Positions 40,845-47,281 of a stretch of DNA of 47,281 nucleotides are shown one piece after another. Both the position numbers and the translations under genes were made by a program. How positions within the stretch are numbered: position 1 is the first letter of the stretch; each line of letters starts with the position of its first letter. This DNA comes from an uncultured virus (IMG/VR IMGVR_UViG_2061766007_000513). Lineage: Duplodnaviria; Heunggongvirae; Uroviricota; Caudoviricetes. The notes beneath the pieces were generated by a model. The model saw nothing but the letters and a program-made list of their open reading frames with translations, did not search any database and was not told the DNA's origin. The stretch is taken from the IMG/VR virus record IMGVR_UViG_2061766007_000513; one strand, 5' to 3'.

Positions 40845-42284
40845 TTATTTAAACAATGAAAATGCCTCATTACTTGATGCTCCAGAATTATCATCAAATA
40901 GACTAAAAGGTTCAGACTTAGTCTTTGTAGACTTCGACTTAGACTTTGATTTGGTAGTCTTCTTTGGTGCAGGAGCCTCATTTTGATTAGAATCAAATAA
41001 AGAGAAGTCTTCAGAAGGCTCTTCTTCAACTGGTTCTTCTTCCACAGGAGCTTCACTTTCCTCCATAGGCATTTCGCCCATTGGCATCATAGGATTTTCC
41101 TCTGGATAATCAGGCATGTTAGCATTGTTTAATTCATCTGCTTTCGGATCATCTGCAGGAGGCATACCAACTTTCTGTCTTAACTCATTAGGAGTCATAA
41201 TCTGGTTACGTGAGAATACATCAGCAATCTTAGCAATCTCACTAGTAGGTATATACCTGAAGGGATCCTTAAAGAACACGATTGACTGCCCTTGTGTACG
41301 AGCAGTTTGTGTAAGCCATTTACGCTTCATTTCATTAACTAAAGCCATGCAAATAGGTTCAATTATACTTGTTATGTAGTTATTAATGATAGTTTCGTTT
41401 GCAGTACCATTAAGCAACTCATCACTTATACCCAATTGCTGTTTGTAAGTGTCCATCAGATACTTAATATGCTCAAGCAAATTGTTTTCTAATGGCTTAC
41501 TTAATTGAATTAGCTTTTCATTAATATCCATGTAAGCAATTCCTCTTGGACTATCTGCAAGTTGCTCTTCAATCTCATTAATACGCTTATTAGCATAATC
41601 CTGTTTCAAAGTAGACCTTGTGTTATAAGGTACTTGAATGATCATGTTGAGTTTTGTACTTGCCGATTCATTGTCAATTACATCCAAAAGGGATAGTTTT
41701 TTGTAAATCCTTTGTAACACACTATTAGGCTCATTCATAATGCTATACATAGGATTCTGTATAATAGCTGCCATCTCTTTAGAAAAGATTCTTTCTTCAA
41801 ACATTCCTTTATAAGGATTCCAAATACGAACCTTTATCTTTCTGGGATACCATTCTATTATGTCAGCACATTCCAACTGGTAAATCTTAAAGCTACCAGT
41901 TTCATCAGGATTATTGTCACTGTCTGTTGGTATGATAGCAACAACACCCTGTTTAAGCATACGCTCTACAGCATCTTGTATTAACGCCATACCAGACTGA
42001 TCTATATTAGCTTCAGTATTAAGACACTCTTGAAGAGATGATCTTATAGGAGAGACATAATGACCGTATTCGTCAACTTTACAGTGAACTACATTAATTG
42101 CAGCAACGTCTCTCGCTATTTTATTGTATATAGCATTAATTATACATCTGTCATTGTAACTTCTATAACTTTGTGTTATTGGTGAAGTAGCATATGCTGG
42201 ACCCAAATCTTGATACGACTCTTGTGTGGGATCTCTTCCCATAAATGCATTCCAAGCATGCTTGATTCTATTCTTAAAATCCAT
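40845..42284 (-). CDS. Portal protein
   Basis: Between terminase and protease; MTPNELR..G.PP..AD.L motif. Confidence 0.85.
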   Translation of the reverse strand: MDFKNRIKHAWNAFMGRDPTQESYQDLGPAYATSPITQSYRSYNDRCIINAIYNKIARDVAAINVVHCKVDEYGHYVSPIRSSLQECLNTEANIDQSGMALIQDAVERMLKQGVVAIIPTDSDNNPDETGSFKIYQLECADIIEWYPRKIKVRIWNPYKGMFEERIFSKEMAAIIQNPMYSIMNEPNSVLQRIYKKLSLLDVIDNESASTKLNMIIQVPYNTRSTLKQDYANKRINEIEEQLADSPRGIAYMDINEKLIQLSKPLENNLLEHIKYLMDTYKQQLGISDELLNGTANETIINNYITSIIEPICMALVNEMKRKWLTQTARTQGQSIVFFKDPFRYIPTSEIAKIADVFSRNQIMTPNELRQKVGMPPADDPKADELNNANMPDYPEENPMMPMGEMPMEESEAPVEEEPVEEEPSEDFSLFDSNQNEAPAPKKTTKSKSKSKSTKTKSEPFSLFDDNSGASSNEAFSLFK

Positions 42285-42356
42285 TTTGAGTTTCTCCTTA
42301 GAATTATTTTTGAAACGAAAAATTACATCGAAATAAGATGGTAATTTATAATCTCC

Positions 42357-44160
42357 TTACTCAAAGTAATCTTTATTTAATTTGTACGCAATAAATGCAT
42401 CCATCATTGCCGCAACATTATCAATCTTATCCTGATGTCTACGTTTACAAAGTTTACGGTTACCATTATTGTCTTCCTGGATAACAGAATTACCCATTGC
42501 AAACTTCATTAGCTGTTCATCGAAGATAAGCATTCTTTTTTCAGCGAGTTGTTTCAATTCGCCAAGAGGTACAGATTCGGTTTTTACACCCTGTATAACT
42601 TTCTCGATAGCATATGGACCATTATCTCTAGCCCAGCGCTCTATGAACTCTTTTGCGTTATATGGGTCATATCCAACTGCTTCAACATTATACTTATTAT
42701 TCTCTATGAACTTGTCCAAATCCTCGTATACAATACTTAGGTCAAGAACTGTAGTATCCATAATAACTAGTGTTCCTTCATTGACAAATTCATCGTATAG
42801 TAACCTAGTAGCAAGAGTTAATCTTGACTGAGTTAAAGTCGTAATGTAACTTCTTGTCTTAACTCCAAAACGACCATTTCCAAGCGGAAATAAGAATGTA
42901 AACGCACAGAAGTCATCACCTTGTGATAAGTCTATGCCCAANNNNNNNNNNCAAGAATGTAAACGCACAGAAGTCATCACCTTGTGATAAGTCTATGCCC
43001 AATGCACAACTCATATTCCAGAATTGAACTGGCGAGTGAGGTTGTATTTCCTCTGTAGTGAAATAGTAAGTGTATCCTTGCATTGGTATGTTAAACATCT
43101 TTGCAAGAATGTCATTTCTTAACGAAGGAACCTTAATCGAACGTTCTACTTCCTGTTTGTAGTCTTCAATAGACGTTGTATATCCAATATTTGGATTAGC
43201 TTTAATCCACAACTCCGGATAGTTAATCTCATCAACATTATCAAGACGATAGTAAAAGATGCTTGTATGAGGATCTACATATTCTCCTTTAAGAATATCC
43301 ATAAGCATCATTTTAATTGTATCACCAATACCATCACGAATAGTACCTTCTGATGAAGTACAAAGAATTAAGTAATCTGGAACTTTTCTAGCACCCTGTT
43401 CAATTGCTTCAATAGGATTCTCTTTAATTTCACCAGAAAGCCACTCATCAAGAGAAGCTACTTTTACTCTTAAACCTTGAAGCGAATCTATTGACAAAGG
43501 TCTTACTTCAAGAAGAGAATCTGTTAAAAAGTTCTGAATACCTTTCTTTGTGCTTGCTACTTTAACACGATTTGCTTTAGAACCAGTCGTATTGTTAATA
43601 GAGCCTTCTGTAAGGAACTTAAGATAAGGTCCTCTAGCTCTAGAAATTGCAGTACGTATAGGTGAGATAACTTCGTCTGCCTGTCTCATTGTAGGTGCAA
43701 CCGCTATTTGTTTTGTAGCTGTTCTATCTACATTAAGAAAGAAATGCTGAATAGTACTTGCATACAATGATTTTGATGCACGTCTTCCAACTATAAGGAA
43801 TTGTTTCTTAATTAAACGTCTTTTAATATTTTTGGTAATAAATCTACCAGGTTTACCGTCTCTACTTTTAACAAATACCTGTGCCGGTTCGAAGTAATAC
43901 CAACAAAATATTTGTTCTGCCCAAAGTTTAAAAGAATCTAATAGGACTAAATCGGAGCCGTCAGTCAATGTTAGTTCTCTTTCACAAAAAGCTATATATG
44001 CTTCAACCGGAATAGGATCATACCATACCGCCTCATTTGCTATAAGAGCATCTATTCGATTCATCTCCATAGAAAGCGGAATTGATACTGGTATTTGATG
44101 ATTGATGACAGCATCCCGAAATCGCCCATAATATTTCGGTACAGCTGTGTTAGATAACAT
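42357..44160 (-). CDS. Terminase large subunit (split by an assembly gap with a short duplication)
   Basis: Walker A-like VGRRASKS, Walker B ASLDE, motif III TSS, nuclease GIDLS, YDPY, KIDNVAA. Confidence 0.9.
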
Positions 44161-44172
44161 AATTACTCCTTT

Positions 44173-45669
44173 TTACACTTTGATCTTACCTTCGTCATAG
44201 GCATCAATCCAAGCGTCAACGTATTCTTCAGCTTTTGCTTCTGCAGCTTTAGCATCCATATTACGTTCTTTCATGTATTTCTTTTTCATATCTTCAACCC
44301 ATTGGTCAATAACATAAGAATCATGCTTCTTCATGTCTTTTGTCCATTTTTTATCTTGAGCATAATCGCCCATTTTGGGTTTCTCTTTAGCTATCTTCTT
44401 TATAGCTTTCTGAGTTTCTTTGTTAAGATCATCAATGCTATAATTTCTATTCTTAGAAGGTTTATAAGACTCATAATCTTTCAACTTGTCAGAACCGAGA
44501 ATTTTCTGAACGAGAGAGCGATCTTTCTTAGCACTACCTGTAAATGAAATCTGAGCAGGCGTCGAATCATTATCTTGGTCATTATCCTGGTTCTTATTTT
44601 TCTTCTTATTGTTATTAGCCTGATTAGGATTTTGAGCTTTCCATTTCTCCTGATCTGCCTTCCAGAACTCTTGCCAAGATTTAGATCTATTCTGCTCTTG
44701 TATATAGTAGTTATTCAGATACTGAAGCTGCTTTTCAACATCCTTATGATCCCAATCATACTGTTTTGACTCTTTATCGATCTCTTTTATTTGCTTGTCA
44801 ATATTCTTCATGTCCTTATCCATAACAGCTTTCTTAGCTTCCATCTCTTTTATGATCTGGTTGTAATCGCTAGTTCTAAGGTCATTTCTCTTAGTCTTAA
44901 GATCGATAGTATCTCTTTCAAGATCGTTTGTGTACTTCTGAAGTTCTGCCTGAGCCTTCTTCAACTTAACTGCTTCTTCCATTAACTCAACTTCTGTCTT
45001 ATTCTTGTCGTACTTCCTAGGATTAACAAGTTTGTCATATTCATGTTTGGACTTATTGAGATTAACTTTTGCATTCTCAAGATCAATATTTGCTCTCTTT
45101 CTTGCAGTGTTATTCATTGAAGATTGATTGATCTTATTGTAAATATTAGTAAGCGAATCGGTTGCATCAGATGCTCTCTTCAAATATCTAAGCGCCTTGT
45201 CAAACTTTCTCTCTGTAGCAAGCTGTTTTGCTTCGCTCTGAGTACGCTCCATATCACGAATAGTTTCCATTCGCTTCCAACGATCCATTGCCTGACTTAA
45301 TTCATCGTCCGAGAATCTACTAATATTTTTTGTAATAAAGTCAAGATTACCAGAGCTAATAGCTTCTGACTTTTCTTTGTTGAAGGCTCTTGACGCTTTA
45401 CGTTCTGCTTCATTATGTCTTGCCCTCTTCTTGGCAGCTCTACGCTCTTTACGAGTCATGTCTTTATAAGCTTTGCCGCCAATCTTTACTTTGTCATCTT
45501 CTTCTTTGCTTTCTTCTTTTTCATATCCCACCCGACGTCTCTTTTTACCAAGTTCGGTATAAGTTCCATCTGGATTTTGATAGTTTCGTTGACCCCACTT
45601 CATTCCCTTAGTGCCATAATGCTCAAGGGATAAAGCTTCATCTAACAAACTTTGAATAGTGTCACTCAT
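44173..45669 (-). CDS. Charged coiled-coil protein with N-terminal HYGxKGMKWG motif (putative internal virion protein)
   Basis: SLEHYGTKGMKWGQRNYQNPDGTYT.G..R motif. Confidence 0.7.
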   Translation of the reverse strand: MSDTIQSLLDEALSLEHYGTKGMKWGQRNYQNPDGTYTELGKKRRRVGYEKEESKEEDDKVKIGGKAYKDMTRKERRAAKKRARHNEAERKASRAFNKEKSEAISSGNLDFITKNISRFSDDELSQAMDRWKRMETIRDMERTQSEAKQLATERKFDKALRYLKRASDATDSLTNIYNKINQSSMNNTARKRANIDLENAKVNLNKSKHEYDKLVNPRKYDKNKTEVELMEEAVKLKKAQAELQKYTNDLERDTIDLKTKRNDLRTSDYNQIIKEMEAKKAVMDKDMKNIDKQIKEIDKESKQYDWDHKDVEKQLQYLNNYYIQEQNRSKSWQEFWKADQEKWKAQNPNQANNNKKKNKNQDNDQDNDSTPAQISFTGSAKKDRSLVQKILGSDKLKDYESYKPSKNRNYSIDDLNKETQKAIKKIAKEKPKMGDYAQDKKWTKDMKKHDSYVIDQWVEDMKKKYMKERNMDAKAAEAKAEEYVDAWIDAYDEGKIKV

Positions 45670-45670
45670 C

Positions 45671-46006
45671 TTACACCTCCGCTTGTAATCTTAAACGCCA
45701 TTCATATTCGTCTGCCATCTCTTTCATTTTGTTAAAGACAGTAGAATTTGAAGGTGGATCAAACAACATTCTAACTTTCAGATAGACATATTGTTTTGCC
45801 ATACTTGCCTGGACAATGTCGACAACATAATCATCCCATGTTTCATTTTGACCAGTTATAGAGAATCCTTCCTTCGGCCCGACACCCAGCTGTGTCAAAA
45901 CCGAGAACGCAGCGTTAATATGTATAACTAACTCATCGTCAAAAGAATCATCTTCTGGCATAAGAGATAGTTGTAATTTTGTAGATGCCAGTATGCCGTT
46001 ATCCAT
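45671..46006 (-). CDS. Head-tail adaptor/connector-like protein
   Basis: FD.EL..HIN..FS.L.QLGVGP..YVYLKVR..FDPP..EWR pattern. Confidence 0.65.
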   Translation of the reverse strand: MDNGILASTKLQLSLMPEDDSFDDELVIHINAAFSVLTQLGVGPKEGFSITGQNETWDDYVVDIVQASMAKQYVYLKVRMLFDPPSNSTVFNKMKEMADEYEWRLRLQAEV

Positions 46007-46021
46007 AATAGTTTCTCCTTA

Positions 46022-46255
46022 TTAGTTTCTTACGGGGCCTCCAACAACTTTCTTAGGAGCTTCCTTTTTTTCTTTCTTGGGTTCAGCTTTTACAACCGGT
46101 TTAGATTCTACAACAGGTTCAGGTGCTACTTCCGAAACCGGATCTTCTGTAGTAGTCTCTGCCACTTCATTTGTCTCAGCCTCAGCCGGAGCTTCCATAT
46201 CCTTTGCAAAATCGTCATTCGAGTTGTTGTTGTAATTTCTGTTATATTTTCCCAT
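46022..46255 (-). CDS. Small disordered acidic/Lys-rich protein
   Basis: 77 aa ORF with AAGGA RBS that fills the operon gap. Confidence 0.6.
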   Translation of the reverse strand: MGKYNRNYNNNSNDDFAKDMEAPAEAETNEVAETTTEDPVSEVAPEPVVESKPVVKAEPKKEKKEAPKKVVGGPVRN

Positions 46256-46275
46256 CTTGTGTCAATTCCTTTCTT

Positions 46276-46716
46276 TTAGTGTAACCAAGGTGCTTGGTCA
46301 TTTGGAGTTCTTATTATAGGATCTTTTGCCATCCTAGAAACAGAGATGTCTCCAAAGTGAATTGCATTATGTGTTTCCATAGAGCATGTTATCAAGTATT
46401 CGGGATCAACCAAGAAAGGAGTATGGTTAATAATATCTTCGTCAGTAATAGGATTCATATGATGTATGTAAACTCTTACGCGATTAAGTAACTCATACTC
46501 TGGTATTCCCAAATCACAACCATTGTCTCTAAGTATTACTTCTCGTTTTATAGCTTGCCATTCAGCAGATTTATAAAACTGTTGATTCAACCATCGTTTA
46601 CTATATGTGCCAAAAGTTTCAAAGCCGATTGATCCTTCAAGTTTCAAGTAGTTATATCTTTGCTCAAAAGTCGGTAACTGTATTAACTCAGAATAACTCC
46701 TGATCCCCGTTACCAT
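46276..46716 (-). CDS. HNH endonuclease (packaging-associated)
   Basis: FY.S.EW...R..VILRD.GC, IHHMNP, HNAIH motifs. Confidence 0.8.
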   Translation of the reverse strand: MVTGIRSYSELIQLPTFEQRYNYLKLEGSIGFETFGTYSKRWLNQQFYKSAEWQAIKREVILRDNGCDLGIPEYELLNRVRVYIHHMNPITDEDIINHTPFLVDPEYLITCSMETHNAIHFGDISVSRMAKDPIIRTPNDQAPWLH

Positions 46717-47062
46717 CTATGAGTTCTCCGTTTTCATCATAGTATGATTCATCACCACTATAAATCTTAAATGCATCAATCGCTTGCTTGTATAACTCTT
46801 CCATATTTTTGTTACGTTGGATATCTTCTGTTCGAGCAGATAAAAGTTTTACATTCTCTCTCATCTGTTGTTTCTCTAACTTAGTTTCCTCACGTCCTAA
46901 CTTTGCACAATACAGTAATTCAGATGGGCTTGCCTTGCCTTCTCTGATTCTTTGTTCAATAGCATTCATTGCTAAAGAAGAAAGCTGGGCATCTCTTTCG
47001 TCATCGGACATTGCTTCGCCGAATTGCTGAGAGTTTGGCCTCACTCTGTTACTATCTTTCAT
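46688..47062 (-). CDS. Putative terminase small subunit / first late gene
   Basis: AAAGGA RBS; helical 124 aa; G.AS motif and ELY..AI.AF..YSG; position upstream of HNH and terminase. Confidence 0.5.
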   Translation of the reverse strand: MKDSNRVRPNSQQFGEAMSDDERDAQLSSLAMNAIEQRIREGKASPSELLYCAKLGREETKLEKQQMRENVKLLSARTEDIQRNKNMEELYKQAIDAFKIYSGDESYYDENGELIDGNGDQELF

Positions 47063-47097
47063 ACACTTTTCCTTTCTTTAGAACCACATTCTATAGA

Positions 47098-47226
47098 GTT
47101 CGGAGACACTATAGGGCTCCATTGACATACTTTAGCTATAGTTTTATGGGCTTAAAAGAAAGCTAATATCCTGAGGATAAGGAGACGAACCTAGTGGTCA
47201 ATGAAGGCCTATAGTGTCCCCGGAAC
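47098..47226 (-). ncRNA. Candidate structured leader RNA
   Basis: 26-bp stem 47101-47126/47197-47222 with 2 G-U pairs and 1 mismatch on the minus strand, enclosing smaller hairpins. Confidence 0.5.
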
Positions 47227-47281
47227 CGTCCCTGAAAAAAATCAAAATATCAGCAGATCCCTCCGGAGATTTTTCAAAGGT

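Noticed and set aside
38437..41379. Many short alternative-frame and antisense ORFs over capsid and portal (and similar ones elsewhere)
   Set aside because: No RBS or recognisable motifs; explained by codon bias of the main genes.
42894..43002. Apparent split or intron in the terminase large subunit
   Set aside because: The same ~47 bp is repeated on both sides of a short N gap; assembly artefact.
1..47281. Stop-codon reassignment, CRISPR array, integrase, reverse transcriptase
   Set aside because: Genes are long and intact in the standard code, and breaks coincide with gaps. No repeat-spacer array or such enzyme motifs were seen.

Overview
A gapped, probably metagenomic scaffold covering the late (structural) region of an AT-rich siphovirus. 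The host is probably a Firmicute (inference from strong AGGAG RBSs, a Dp-1-type holin and an NlpC/P60 lysin). On the minus strand, from 47 kb leftwards: putative small terminase, HNH nuclease, adaptor, HYGxKGMKWG protein, large terminase, portal, protease-capsid fusion, head-tail genes, two major tail paralogs, chaperones, a ~7.7 kb tape measure, tail-tip genes, three paralogous receptor-binding-like genes, a GT4 glycosyltransferase and domain-shuffled fibre genes. The first 12 kb is accessory: two divergent copies of a Cys-rich gene cassette, a tail fibre, a GT2 and two DUF4422-like glycosyltransferases around a Ser/Thr repeat protein, and lysis genes. The most notable signals are: (1) a sense-strand-polarised TCAAAATGG motif seen 11 times; (2) a 54-nt tRNA-like element with only one arm between acceptor stem and T arm; (3) a fibre with mirror-complementary 9-aa repeat arms inside a glycosyltransferase locus; (4) a hydrophobic-x-His-[S/A/G] motif array suggesting a His-specific prohead protease, with a His-free mature capsid; (5) an ExFSLF motif shared by portal and capsid linker; (6) a structured leader upstream of the late operon. 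Many N gaps, gap-flanking duplications and strand switches at gaps mean contig order and orientation are uncertain. All product calls come from motif recognition and synteny, not from database searches.
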